Positions 38,919 to 51,322 of a stretch of 64,000 nt of DNA are shown one piece after another (position 1 is the first letter of the stretch; every line of letters starts with the position of its first letter). The position numbers and the translations under genes are program-made. Under the pieces are notes generated by a model. That model had not been told where the DNA came from. It saw only the letters and a list, made by a program, of their open reading frames with translations, and searched no databases. The stretch is from Chlorokybus atmophyticus (Eukaryota > Plantae > Mesostigma and Chlorokybus algae), in NCBI GenBank assembly GCA_009103225.1, contig RHPI01000638.1:496001-560000 (forward strand). Reading direction: 5' to 3'.

Positions 38919-39799
38919 ATGCCAAAGCTTTCTTCCCTTCTTTCGCCCAGGTTGCCTCTCTGCCCGAAGGCACATCCTCCGCGGGGTCCACATACTTCCA
39001 CATGTCCTTGTGTACCAGCAACAGCTCCATCTTGATGCTCCAGGTGTTGTAGTCGTCCACGTCCGGCGGCTCAATCGTGATTTTTATGTTGTCCATGCTT
39101 CCTTGGCGTTGGTTGCCCTTCTGCTACACACAGAGCCCGCAACCTACTCCCCTCAAGCAACCACAACTTCCTACACGACCACAACACACTTACACTCTAA
39201 GCATGTGTGGGCCCATAACCTATTAAGAACTAGTGTGCATGTATGCGCCCTACTTCATACATGCACTCACACTAGGGGAACAACAAGTGCAATAGCATGT
39301 CAACAACAACGAGAAGTATGTTCCTATTGCAGTTCCACCTGTATGCGCCACATACAGTGACTTATATACTAAGCTAGTTAACATTAGAAAAGACTAGTCA
39401 ACCCTAGTAAAAGTCAACTCTAGTCAACACTAGTCAATGGTCAAAGTCAAAGTTGATCGTAACTCTCGTAACTCCCGTCACTCCTGTAAACTGTAACTCC
39501 CATTGCATAACCGCCGCACATGGTCTAAGCAACAAGCTGACTGTACTATAAGCATATTATAATATGAGTTCATGAAGCGCATAAAATGCGCGCCCATGAA
39601 CTCAAGAACTCGTTGATGAGTTATGAGACTCTTGTGCCCCTAGTGCCTTGGGCACTTGAGGGCACAAGCACTCACTAGACGTGAGTTGTGAGTCACAAGC
39701 TCCTTATCTAGTCGCTTGAAACCCTAGGACGGCGGCGCCATCCTTGGCGTGGGGGGCGAGTGTGGTGAGGAGGTGTGGACGGAGGAGGACCTCCACCAT

Positions 39800-41322
39800 G
39801 GTTACACGATCACAAGCGAGTGCCCAAGATGATGGAGAAGAGGTGGCGGCCACGGCCGCGGCGGCGTTGCTAGCCGCCAATCGCTTGTCGCGGGCTAAGA
39901 GTCCGCGTCGCCACACCTTGAGTGAGGAGGAGGAGAGGCGAGCGGCGAGGGAGGAGGGAGAGGTGCGCCCCCCCGTGGGGAGGGGAGAGGAGGAGGTAAA
40001 CAAGGAAGGTGACGGTGGTGAGGAGGATGAGGACGACGAGGACCCGCCCTTCGTCACCTACAAGCGTAGGAAGAGGGAGGCAAGCCCGTTCTCCAACGCT
40101 TCTACCCCGTCCATGACACTACGGAGGCAATGGCACGGAGGTTGGAGGAGTTGGAGGCGGAGAACATGCGCCTCAGGCGTGGGAAGGCGGCCGCCATCCC
40201 TCGTGATGAGCCCGTTGACGAGCCCAACCACCCCCTACTTGTGAGCATCCTTCGTCGTGACAACGGCGACTCCACCAACCCCAATGCTCGAGTGGGAGCC
40301 ATGGCCACCCGCTTCAGCGAGCCCGTTACCCCTTGGAAGGAAAACTTGAAGAAGCGGGCGCGACAACACCTTGAGGTTGCGGCTCATCTCGGCTCGGCGG
40401 CATCCTCTTTCGATCGTGTGCCCGCTCACCTCGCCGAGGACCCCCACTTTGCTAAAGGAGAACATGAAAGGTGGGCTCATTCTTTGTTGTGCATCACCAT
40501 ATGCACGCGCATATTGGCAAATCATTATGTGGGTGCGGACTTAGCCCACGCACACTTGCACATGCGTGCATCATGGGCCTTTTGAAGGCGCCAGCCCGAC
40601 ATCTATATAGATGCACAGTCATTCCATTAGTTACATGTGTTCGGCATCTCTCCTCCCCCCATGTCCGGAGGGGGGGGAGGGGCCCGCACTTAACCTTATT
40701 GTATGTTCACCCCTTTATTCACATTATGACTACCCCACAGCAAGGGAACGAGCACAACAGGGCACAACATCTGCATTTGCATGCGCATATGCACATGATA
40801 GGTACGGGAATGGAATAGGGGTGCGCTTGGCGCTAGACCCGGTGGCTTTGAGCCCGTATGAACATGCAACGCGTGTTGCTCATATGTGCTCTGTGCGCAG
40901 CATTGGATGAGGTGTGTAAGCAATTCCACTATGTGGAAGTGGCCAACAAGCATGACTGGAAGGTCGTGGATGAGCTGGTGCGCAACCCCCTCGCCGTGGA
41001 TGATGATGAGGCAAAGCGCTTGAAGAAGGCGTTGAAGGACGTGGCTGCGGCGCAGCCCAAGCCCAAGGCAAAGCCTGCCTACCATCCCAACAAGGGGCGG
41101 GGCCAGTACCCCCCCCCCGCTACTCTGGGTCCTATGCATCTGGTGCGGGGCATACCAGTTATAGGACCGCTCCTATGCAGTCTCAGGCCGCTTCCACTGG
41201 GGGTCAACGCGACTCCCGCACTTGCTACAATTGCGGGGAGCCAGGGCACCTGCGTGCCTATTGCCGTAAGCCCTCTGCAGGCCGTGGCGGCCATTAGTTT
41301 GGTAGCACAGCTCTGTAGATGA
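39800..41322 (+). pseudogene. DIRS gag-like ORF, frameshifted and possibly intron-containing
   Basis: Acidic/basic N-terminus, KHDWKVVDELVRNPLAVDDDEAKRLKKA, and a CCHC knuckle CYNCGEPGHLRAYC at about 41223-41264 in another frame. Confidence 0.7.
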
Positions 41323-41667
41323 TGTGACAGCCTTGTAGCTGTACACTTGTGCGCATGTAGTGCCTATAATTTCTTGTTAAGGTCTCAGATGACCTCTGAA
41401 TGGCATGAAACTTTGAGTTCGTTATTGTGGCACAGCGACGCTTGTGCAGAGCCAAGAAACGTGAAATTGAACGCGGTTTGCTATGGTTGCACATTGTTTG
41501 GCTTATAACTTTCGTTTGCGGCCTCGGCTAGACGCAAATTCCTATTATTTAGAGCCGCTCTTGAGTTTGAGCGCTGAGAAACGCTTTCTTTTGACACCTT
41601 AAACGTCATAATCGAACATCGTTTGCGAAAATTATGCCCGTTATAAAGTGGGAGTGCTTGCACTCAC

Positions 41668-43698
41668 TTGTTGCACATGCGGGGGCCAGAAACGAAGGCA
41701 GTGTGCACTGTGGCCCTTGACTACACTTCCATTGAGTCGGAGTTGGTGGAGGATTGGATGAAACACCATGAGTTTGCACGCGCACCTAGCAACTTGGTTG
41801 TGGAAGGTCCTTATATGAGGCACCGCTTACGGGAGGCCTTGCCCGCATGGCAGCAATTCTGCGAGTCTACTATGGTCTTGTCCTGAGTGGAGTACGGGTA
41901 CAAGCTACCATGGGCGGCTGACCCACCCCCCGAATGGGCGTTCACCAACCATAAGGGTGTACATGAGTTTTCGGACTTCACTGCAGCGGCCATTGCCAAC
42001 TTGGTGCATAGTGGGGCTGCACAAGAGTGTGTGACACCCCCCCTCGTGGTGAGCCCACTCAATGTGGTGGACGATGGCCGCAAGTTGCGCCTCATTATGG
42101 ACTTGCGCTATGTTAACTCCTTCTTGGTGAACACGCCATTCAAGTATGAGGATGTGCGCCGCATTCCAGACTTGCTGCAACGTGAAAACTGGTTGTTCTC
42201 AACGGACTTAAAGTCCGGATATCATCATGTGGACATTCACCCCGCCTTTTTGGGCTACCTGGGGTTCTCATTTGCGGGCAAAGCATACAATTTCTGCTCG
42301 TTGCCATTCGGTTTGAGCACGGCGTGATTCGTGTTCACGAAGGTGATGAAGCAGTTGGTGCGACGCTGGCGTGTGCAAGGCATCCGGGTATTGCCATATA
42401 TCGACGACTTCCTCTTTGCTGCTCGTTCACGGGCAGCGCATGCTTCCACCCTGGCTGTGGTGCAAGCAGATGCAGCATGGTGCGGGCTGGTGATCAACAC
42501 CAAGGCACAGACTGTACTCAGCAGAGTCATCGTCTTCCTCGGCTTTGTGTGGGATACACACGCTGGCACTGTTCGTGTCCCCGGCAAGAAGCGCGATGGG
42601 TTGCTCAGAGACTTGCAACGCGCATTTGGTGATAGGCGCCATGTGCCAGTAAAGTTGCTGGCCCGCATCTGTGGCAAGCAACAATCCATGTTCATGGTGC
42701 TGGGCCCTGCCGTCAAACTAATGACTTGGCATACACGCCGTTTGATTGAGACACGCCGATCGTGGAGCTCACACATGGTACTGCGCAAGGCGGAGATTGA
42801 TGAGCTCACGTGGCTGCGAGACCATTTTGAGGAGCTTAATGTGGCGCCCATATGGCCTACTGTGCAGCCGGACATTGTGCAGTTTGTGGATGCTAGCGGC
42901 ACCGGTTGGGGACTAGTGCGCCATGGCACAAATACCCCGGTGGCGAAAGGCACATTCACATCGGGTGAGTGCTTAACTTCATCAACATATCGCGAGTTAC
43001 TCGGACTTGAGCGTGCCCTACTCACTGTGGAGGAGGAGCTACATGGACGCACGGTGCTGTGCTATGGCAATGCCCGCAATGTGTACTACATTATGCGCAA
43101 AGGGGGCAGTGAGGCCGAGCACTTACAGCAAGTGGCATGCCGTATTTTCTTACATTGCCACCGGCATCGCATCCGCTTGCACGTGGAGTGGTTGCCACGT
43201 GAGCTCAATGAGGAGGCGGACGCGCTCTCCAAAGCACCGGAGTGGAACGGTTGGACCTTGCAAACCCCATGGGTCCGCTTGCTCGCTTGCAAGTGGGGCC
43301 CCTTTGATGTGGACCGCTTTGCCACGCATGCCAACACTGTGTGTGTGGCCTTCAACTCGGTGTTGCCATGTCCGGGCTCATCCGGCAATGCCTTTCATTG
43401 TGACTGGAGTGGTTGCAACAACTGGTGCCATCCCCCACCACACCGGGTTGGCACTGTTCTGCGTCATGCCCGCGAATGCAAGGCTCGCATGTGCCTCATT
43501 GTGCCCGAGTGGACAACCCAAACTTGGTGGCCCGTGCTCTGCCCCGGCGGCGTGTGGGCACCATTTGTCTCAGACGTTTTGAGCCTACCCAGAGGCCCAG
43601 CCTGCTTGTTGCCCAGCCCGCAAGTCACGGAACTTCAAGGGGGCTTGCCGGACAGTCGTATGTGGGCATTGCGGATTGACTTGCGTCCTGGCCATTGA
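41668..43698 (+). pseudogene. DIRS RT, RNase H and Dam-like N6-adenine methyltransferase domain; two in-frame stops
   Basis: HRLREALPAWQ..VLS*VEYGYKLPW; SPLNVVDDGRKLRLIMDLRYVN; FSTDLKSGYHHV; LPFGLSTA*FVFTKV; LPYIDDFL; RNase H FVDASGTGWG..YRELLG..WLPRELNEEADALSK; MT-like FDVDRFATHAN..NAFHCDWSG.NNWCHPP..LIVPEWTTQTWWP. Confidence 0.93.
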
Positions 43699-44720
43699 CA
43701 CGTGCTGTGTGCAGCTGCAATTGAGCGTAGCCTTCAGTCGCTCATGCCCAACGTCCCCGGAGACTACGAGATTGAGCGCCTGCACCTTATACCCGGCAGT
43801 GGCAGCGGCGTCACGTGCTACTAGCACCCTGCGGGGCCATGAGGGCTACTGGCGTCGCTTTGTGGAGTTCTGCACGCCTCGTGGTTGGGCTGCCCTGCCA
43901 GCCGACCCTGGCACAGTGGCCCTGTTCTTGACCAAGGTGTTGGTGGATTCCACCACCCCGGCACCTGTGAAGCATGCCTCTTCGGCCATACATGCTGCGC
44001 ATACCATGGCAGGCCGGGCTTCTCCCACTGCGCATGCACTCGTTACGGTGGTTCGTGAGGCCGCTGCCAGGCTGCTACCCTTGAACACACGGAAGAAGGA
44101 CGCCTACACGCCCGAGCTCCTGCGAGCCATGGTGTCGCACTTTGCTCGCGACGGGTGGGACTTGGTGGCCAGGTTGCAAACGGTGGCGGTGCTGCTGAGG
44201 TTTGCGGGCATGATGCGGTATTCCGACCTGGCGGAGGTCAACGCGCATGACATTGTTTTTCGCCCAGGCCGCATGGATCTCGTCATCCCGCGCAGCAAAA
44301 CCGATCAACGCGGTGTGGGCGCCACAGTGCATATAGCTGCTGCGGGCGGTGACTTGTGCCCTGTGATGCACACCAAAAAGTTGTTATTTGCCTCGGGATT
44401 TCGGCACGCGGGCCCAGGCAAGTTGCTGCGCTCCATCATCCGAGCGGGGGGGACGTGCGTCATACGCAACACTGTGGTGCCATACGGCACCATCCTTGGT
44501 TGGGAGAAGGCAGCCATTAAGGCGGCAGGGGAGGACCCCACGCATTTTTGGCACACACTCTGCCCGTTCGAGAGCTGCGACCCAAGCCGTGAAGGCTGGT
44601 GTGCCCCAGCACCTGTGGCAGCAGTTTGGGCGTTGGAAGTCTTCCACTGCAGCTGAGGGCTATATGCGTGCAGCGTTGCCTGAGTTGCACACGCTGACGA
44701 GGAGCCTCGGCTTGGGTGGT
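43676..44720 (+). pseudogene. Tyrosine recombinase (integrase) of the DIRS element with a 1-nt frameshift
   Basis: STLRGHEGYWRRFVEFC; FAGMMRYSDL (catalytic R); RSKTDQRG (K); after a frameshift at about 44550, GTHSARSRAAT (HxxR), FGRWKS and AEGYMR (Y). Confidence 0.92.
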
Positions 44721-45412
44721 ACGTGCTCTCACGGTGGGGGGTTATCCATCTATCGACCCATCGCGACCCCCCAGCATGAGCTGTGTGTCGCATATAACTC
44801 GTGTGTGAGTTATATGAGTTCATGAAGCGCATGAAATGCGCGCTCATGAACTCAAGAACTCGTTAATGAGTTATGAGACTCTTGTGCCCCTAGTGCCTTG
44901 GGCACTTGAGGGCACAAGCACTCACTAGACGTGAGTTGTGAGTCACAAGCTCCTTATCTAGTCGCTTGAAACTCTAGCACGGCGGCGCCATCCTTGACGT
45001 GGGGGGCGAGTGTGGTTTACTTTGCAAATGTACAGGCTTCTCAGGCTTCGAACTCGGCGTCGGCAGCAGTGGCGCCATCGACAAGTCGAAGACCGAAGAA
45101 GCGCGTGACTTTCGCACTTGGCGTGAAGAAGCAGTAGTTCCCGTAGTTGTAGCCTAGCACCCTAGTGCAGACCTTGTGTATAGATCAGCCTATATCTGTA
45201 CACTTGCGCATTTGTATTGTAATGCACTTGGGTGCTGGGCGTAGCCACCGTGCTATCGACCCATCGCGACCCCCCAGCATGAGCTGTTTGTCGCATATAA
45301 CTCGTGTGTGAGTACTATAAGCATACTATACTAGCAAACCTCATATGCTTAACCTTCAACATGTATTATAAGCATACTATACCAGCAAACCTCATATGCT
45401 TAACCTTCGACA

Positions 45413-45895
45413 CACAATAGTACAACTGACCCTCTCCCCAAGAACACTCAACTAGTAGGCGCCTATGCTCAACACTTTCTCTCACTAGCACAAGCGATCA
45501 CACAAGCGAGTGTGGGCCCATAACCTGTTGAGAACTAGTGATGCGCCTAGTGTGTGTGTATTTGCCTCTTATATACAAGTGTGCACACACTAAGGACAAT
45601 TGCAGCAAGCACGCCAACCATAGAGACAATGTGCGACCCACTATATTAAGCGGTATACAGTGTTTTATATACTATGCTACTAAGCACTAGTCAACTCTAG
45701 TCATCTTTGGTAAAAGTCAACACTAGTCAATGGTCAAAGTTCACGATCAAAGTCAAAGTTGATTATGGTTGACCATAACTGCCGTAACTTCCGTAACTCT
45801 CATAACTCCCGTAACTATAAAGGTTAAGCTGATCGTACCAACTACATGTAGGCGCCGCCTATACATGTAATTTCAACAAGCTATAACATTTAACA
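45413..45895 (-). mobile_element. 5' LTR (45526-45895), PBS and leader of a truncated L1-family element
   Basis: The LTR and the leader GGTTATGGGCCCACACTCGCTTGTGTGATCG.. match 58262-58758. Confidence 0.9.
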
Positions 45896-47429
45896 GCTGG
45901 TACACAAGGACATGTGGAAGTATGTGGACCCCGCGGAAGATGTGCCTTCGGGGAAGGAGGCAACCTTGGAGAAAAAAGGGAAGAAAGCTTTGGCATTGCT
46001 GGGTTTGCACGTTGCTGAGCATCATTTGGTTATGGTGAGAGAGTTCAAAGGTGCAAAGGAGTTTTGGGCAAAGTTTGAGAGCCACTTCAAAGCTCGCAAC
46101 ATGGCGAGGAGGCTGCAGTTGAGGCAAGAGCTGAACGTATTGCGGAAGGAGAGTGGAGAGCCAATCACCAAGTTTGGAGCGCGTGCAAAGGCGTTGTGGA
46201 AGGACTTGCTGGGTGTAGGGCACGAGTTGAAAGAGCAAGAAGTGGTGTGGGTTGTGCTATCAGGGTTGCCAAAGGAGTACAGGGTGGTGGTGACCATTAT
46301 GGAGTCTGCAACGGAGGAGTTGACACCTGATGGCGTAATACCACGGCTTCTTCAAGTAGAGCAGCGCTTGCAGAAGGAAGGCTGGGAAGAAAGACCAGAT
46401 TCAGCTACGGCTTTTATGGTATAGAAAGGCACTTATGGTAGCGGCAAGGAGGAGGAGTGTTGGCGTTGTAGCGAGCGTGGTCACTTCAAGTATCAATGTC
46501 CCCAAATGAAGACGTCCACCAACGGGAGCACCAACAGCAAGGAGGGTGAGAGAATTGCACTCAAGGGCTATGATGTAACTTGGAGAAGGAGGAGGAGATG
46601 GTGTCAATCTCCTTGTAATGAAGCTGGGAGGATCTAGCTTGGTGCGAGCAGTATTTGGTGGAGGAGGCGTCCTTCATATGTGGGAGCTAGTGTATTTCAG
46701 CTTAGAGTGTTGCAGTGCGTGAAGTACTTGCGGGGCGTGCCAAGAGCGCGTGGTTGCTGTCTACTCAACAGCTTGGTGTTTGAGCGTGATGCTTGAACAT
46801 GGATATGAGAGGAGTAGCTGAGCGCGAGAAGTGTGGAGGTTACACTCTGCGAGCATGGTATAGTGCTCACGGTATGCTATATGCAAGTGAGCAGTTTGCA
46901 GGGTGACAAGCATTGGGAGCGAGCAGCTTGAGATGCTAGCGTCATGTATTGGAGCGAGAAGTTCCAAGTCAACTTGAAGGCAACGAAGGTGTGGGAGCTT
47001 GTGCATGCTGATATGGAGATGCGGACAAGAAGCTGCCTGCGTGGGAGTGGTGAAGGTTAAGCATATGAGGTTTGCTAGTATAGTATGCTTATAGTACAGT
47101 CAGCTTGTTGATGTTACTTGGACCATGTGCGGCGGTTACGCAATGGGAGTTACAGTTTACAGGAGTTATGGGAGTTGCGAGAGTTATGGTCAACTTTGAC
47201 TTTCGCCATTGACTAGGGTTGACTAGGGTTGACTAGTGTTGACTAGGGTTGACTAGTCTTTTCTAGTGTTAACTAGCTTAGTATATAGGTCACTGTATGT
47301 GGCGCATACGGGTGGAACTGCAATAGGAACATACTTCTCTTTGTTGTTGACATGCTATTGCACTTGTTGTTCCCCTAATGCGAGCGCATGTATGAGGTAG
47401 GGCGCATACATGCACACTAGTTCTTAACA
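45896..47429 (+). mobile_element. 3' part of an L2-family Copia derivative: gag (45896-46424), eroded pol, PPT and 3' LTR (47048-47429)
   Basis: VHKDMWKYVDP..ARRLQLRQELNVLRKESGEPITKF..LSGLPKEY; PPT GCGTGGGAG at 47039-47047; the LTR ends CTTAACA. Confidence 0.87.
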
Positions 47430-48429
47430 GTTAGGCCCCTGCTTAAAAGAATTTTGCACAAAATTATGCCACCACGCGTGAGTGATCTCACGCAAAGTGT
47501 CTCATTTTCCACTCGCTGTGATAAGTCCCCTTTATAAACTTCAGCGCTTTTACACGCTTGCAATTAACCATAATCACTCAACTCATATTATCAATATCAA
47601 TCAACCTAGTAGTCTCACATCTACACAATGCATACAGCTTGGAATTAGCTTCGTGACAACAATTTTGTATACTTGCATTGGAATGCACTTGGATGTTGGA
47701 CATATCCACCTTTTCAACTAATTGCAAATCCCCAGCATGAGTGTGTGTCGCAATTAACTTATGTGTGAGAGCTTATATGATGCCCAACGCAAGTTCTTGG
47801 CTTTTGGTTGTAGTATAGGTGCCAGGCAAGTAATCTTTGATGGCAGCCAGCAGGAGCCATTATAAGCAAGTATGGACATGAAGATTTGCAGTGTATGCAA
47901 AGGGCGAGGTCATGTGACCTTGCAAATAGATGGGCGCAATGTAGCACCTAGTGCTTACTCCATTATTATGCACTAGGTACGGAATGTCGAGTTCTCCATT
48001 GTGCGTGTCATGCAGTTCCACAGGCCTATTCGCCAATTGGCTCAACCCCTTTCAGTGCTTATGTAATTTGTTGCTAGCGACATCACTTTCACCTTAATTG
48101 ATGAGATCAATGGCAACCCACGCGACACGTTACAACGTGGGGAATGACGAGCCAACAAACCTCAGGGCTTGAACCTCGTTTCGCTTGGGTCATTAATTAA
48201 CCGGATCCGTAAGGCCTTATGTAAATCTGCGGCCCTTAAAAGCTCTTTTGTCGCAGTTTTCAGCGTGTTGCAAGCTACATTGTGAAGTTGCCACTTAAGA
48301 GGGACAACAGGCTTATGCTCCCATGCAACTTTGACGTGCAGCCTCTATTTAGCCATGAATTTGGGCTGAGTTGAGCTAAGCATGTGAACATAGAGGTGTA
48401 CATCATAATCTTAAAAAGGGAGATCTCAT

Positions 48430-48515
48430 TTTGGAGCACATGTTCTGTTCTTGCCCCAAAAGGACGGCATGCTATGTATGTGCATGGACTACAAGACCTT
48501 AACACGCCCACCAAT
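48430..48515 (+). pseudogene. Small Gypsy RT fragment
   Basis: Reads QKDGMLCMCMDYKTL (KDGxLRMCxDYxxLN motif); the surrounding sequence is too decayed to extend. Confidence 0.5.
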
Positions 48516-48730
48516 ATAGCTGGGATGTCCGTTGAAAATTGAAGCATAGGCAACGTGTTTGATTCATTAAGCTTAAAATAGCATTATGTACGCTTATAAG
48601 CCGCATCTGGTACAAGGTGTTGCTGATTGGACCCATGAATGCACCAGCCATCCTATGAAAGTGTGCTTTAGAAGTCAACTGGGAAGACAGTACTATCATA
48701 TGTTGCTGTTGTATTTATGTTCAGCAGAGA

Positions 48731-49111
48731 TGTTAAGAACTAGTGTGCATATATGCGCTCTACCTTATACATGCGCATCATATTAGAAGAACCAAGTGTA
48801 ACATACAAGCATGTCAACACCAAAGAGAAATGTATTGTGGTTCCACCTGAATGCACCATGCGATGACTTATATACCGAGCTAGTCAACACCAAAAAGAAC
48901 TGGTCAACTCTAGGTAAAGTCAACGCTAGTCAACAATGGTCAATGGTCAAAGTCAAAGTTGACCATAACCGTGATAGCTCGCATAACTCCCATAACTCCT
49001 GTTAACTGCAACTCCCATAGCATAACCGCCGCACATGGTCTAAGTAACATCAACAAGCTGACTGTACTATAAGCATATTATACTAGCAAACATGATATGC
49101 TTGGTTCAACA
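48731..49111 (-). repeat. Solo LTR, family L2 (381 bp)
   Basis: TGTTAAGAAC...TTCAACA; flanks AGAGA and AAAGA (a TSD with one mismatch). Confidence 0.85.
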
Positions 49112-49659
49112 AAAGATGCTGACTTACATGCTGTATATATGCGCAACGTGAGGTAAACATGATGTGAGCATTACTGGTATGCTTACATTCTCAAGTGTTC
49201 CACAAGCACCTTCAGCGAGTAAGTGCAGAGGGCGTGCGCATTGCCCTAATAAAGGTTGCCAAGGTCACGGATTGGCCTAGTGAGTCAACAGAATATGCAC
49301 AAGTTGCGCGCATGCTAAAGCTTTAGCAATTAGTTTTGCAAGTACATAAGAAGTTATTCATTGTGTGATATGAGTTTATAAAGCTTAAATAACCCGTGCA
49401 CAATTGAACTTGAAAAACTCAAATACGAGTTATCTGCAACACACAGCTCGGCGGTCGCTATGGGTCACAATATATCACAAAGAATTATGTAGCTACAAGC
49501 TCCATGACACTAAGCCATTACTGCTATTGAGCTATTTTAGATTGCTTACTCGCCTCCCCGCCCAGCCGAGGGCTTGCGGCGGTAGGCGCATAGGTGCTCA
49601 GGCTCCCCACAATAACAACACATGCAGGAGAGTTATCATAACCCCCAGGAGAACTTAAG

Positions 49660-50600
49660 AATGCATATGAGCGGTGTTATAATTGCTATACCCCGCATTA
49701 TATGCGAGGGACCCAGTACAGTGGGGGGTGGGGAAGGGGGAACTAGCCCCGCCCCTTAATGGCATTGCAAGCATCTGTTGGTTTGGAGCTTGGGCTGTGC
49801 CGCAGCCGCCTGTGCTATTGCCGTTTTCAGGCGCTTCACTTTTGCACCGTGTGTGGCTAAAGGGTTTCTCTCAAGCCTCACTACCACCTTTTTGCCATGC
49901 TTGCTTAATGATGTGCCACTTTCATATAATGGAACTGCTGGCACACCTCTTTAGGCACTGGTGCATAGAGCACATATGAGCACACCGTAATTGGAGCAAC
50001 CACACATGGGCTTGAAGCCATTAGGTTTAGCGCCAGGCGCACCCACACTCTCATCACCACCCCACTAGTAATATACAAGTGCAAACTTGTGTTGTGCCTT
50101 ACACCTTGCTGTCATTATGTGAATATAGAGGGTATTCAGTTGTACATGTCATCAAAGTGGGGCCCTCCTCCCTCAACAAGCGTGGGGGCAATAAGGGATG
50201 TGTTACCACCTGGACCTACATGTAGGTAAATGGAGATGCATCCATACATCAACAGCGTCATTATTGGCCAAGTATGCACGCATGCGTATGGACAAAGGCC
50301 AGACCCACATGCGTACGTGCCTACATGTATGCTTATGCATTTGGCCGTGCCATAGAGGATGACCCCACCCTTTCATATTCCCGATGCGGCATTTGGTGAA
50401 GTGGGATTCGGTAGCGAGGTAATCGTGCACATGGTCAAAGGAGGCCGCTGTGGCGCCGAGGTGAGCCGGCATATTGATGTGTGGTCTAGCCCGCATGCTC
50501 TTTTTAAAGGTTGGCTAGGTCAAGCGCAAGACCAACACCTCCACGCGAGCATTAAGTTAATCAGGTTGCTTTTACACCCCCACGCGCCTGCGCGTTAATC
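49660..50600 (-). pseudogene. Degenerate DIRS gag remnant
   Basis: SKHGKKVVVRLERNPLATHGAKVKRLKTAIAQAAAAQPK and HLGATAASFDHVHDYLATESHF parallel the gag at 40300-41250. Confidence 0.78.
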
Positions 50601-50842
50601 TTCTCCGTTGTATTAGACGCTTTGCGGTTCGTTTCGGTCAAGAAAACCAGTAGCTTTGCAATTTGCTTCATGCCTCTACTAGCGGCGCTGATGGTGGGAA
50701 TTCGCTTGGTTGTGTTGGTAGCAGACGGGCATTGCCACCCCGCCCCTCAGCCTTGACACCATACACCCCTCCACACACCCCACCCCCACCCACCCACCAC
50801 CACCATGCAATATACAATAATAGTGCGCACTTGCCCCCTTGC

Positions 50843-50900
50843 NNNNNNNNNNNNNNNNNNNNNNNNNNNNNNNNNNNNNNNNNNNNNNNNNNNNNNNNNN
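50843..50900. other. Assembly gap (58 N)
   Basis: Run of N seen directly. Confidence 0.99.
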
Positions 50901-51117
50901 CCCCCTTTCAAGTGTACAATTTCAACAGCTTGGCTAACCAGGTAATCAAGCCGCCTGTGCCTTAATGTCGGCTGCGTTCCCTTGTCCTACATCCCATACG
51001 CGGTGCAAATGTGAAGCGGGCATATATTGCATGCACATCATGCATATGAGATAGGTTATAAGGCAACATATGAGAAATAAAACACCATATGGATATTCCA
51101 TATGAAATATGAAATAA

Positions 51118-51322
51118 CATATACATATTACAAAACCTAATATATGTATATATATATATATATGTGTGTGTGTGTATGTGTGTGTGTATATATGTACATA
51201 AACAAAACAATAGATACATACACTACATGTGTATGTGTCTATATATACATGTACATGTGTATGTGTATATATATACATATGTTTAAATGTACACAAACAA
51301 AAAAATGGATATGTACAACATA
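51118..51322. repeat. Compound (TA)n/(TG)n/(TACA)n microsatellite
   Basis: Seen directly in the sequence. Confidence 0.9.

Larger units (their letters stand above)
39562..45313 (+). mobile_element. DIRS-group (PAT/TOC-like) tyrosine-recombinase retrotransposon with split direct repeats, defective
   Basis: A1 39562-39766; ORFs; B1 44750-44810; A2 44812-45016; 236-bp unique spacer; B2 45253-45313. Encodes gag, RT-RH-methyltransferase-like and YR regions. Confidence 0.94.
38917..45361 (-). mobile_element. Truncated Copia-type element (family L2): 5' LTR split by the DIRS insertion (39221-39561 plus 45314-45361), PBS and gag start
   Basis: PBS GGTTATGGGCCCAC at 39207-39220; gag N-terminus MDNIKITIEPPDVDDYNTWSIKMELLLVHKDMWKYVDP (38917-39096); the joined LTR halves match the intact L2 LTRs at 47048 and 48731. 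Confidence 0.85.

Noticed and set aside
41320-41665. AT-richer segment between DIRS gag and RT that might be a MITE or an intron
   Set aside because: No convincing TIR, TSD or frame-restoring splice sites were found.
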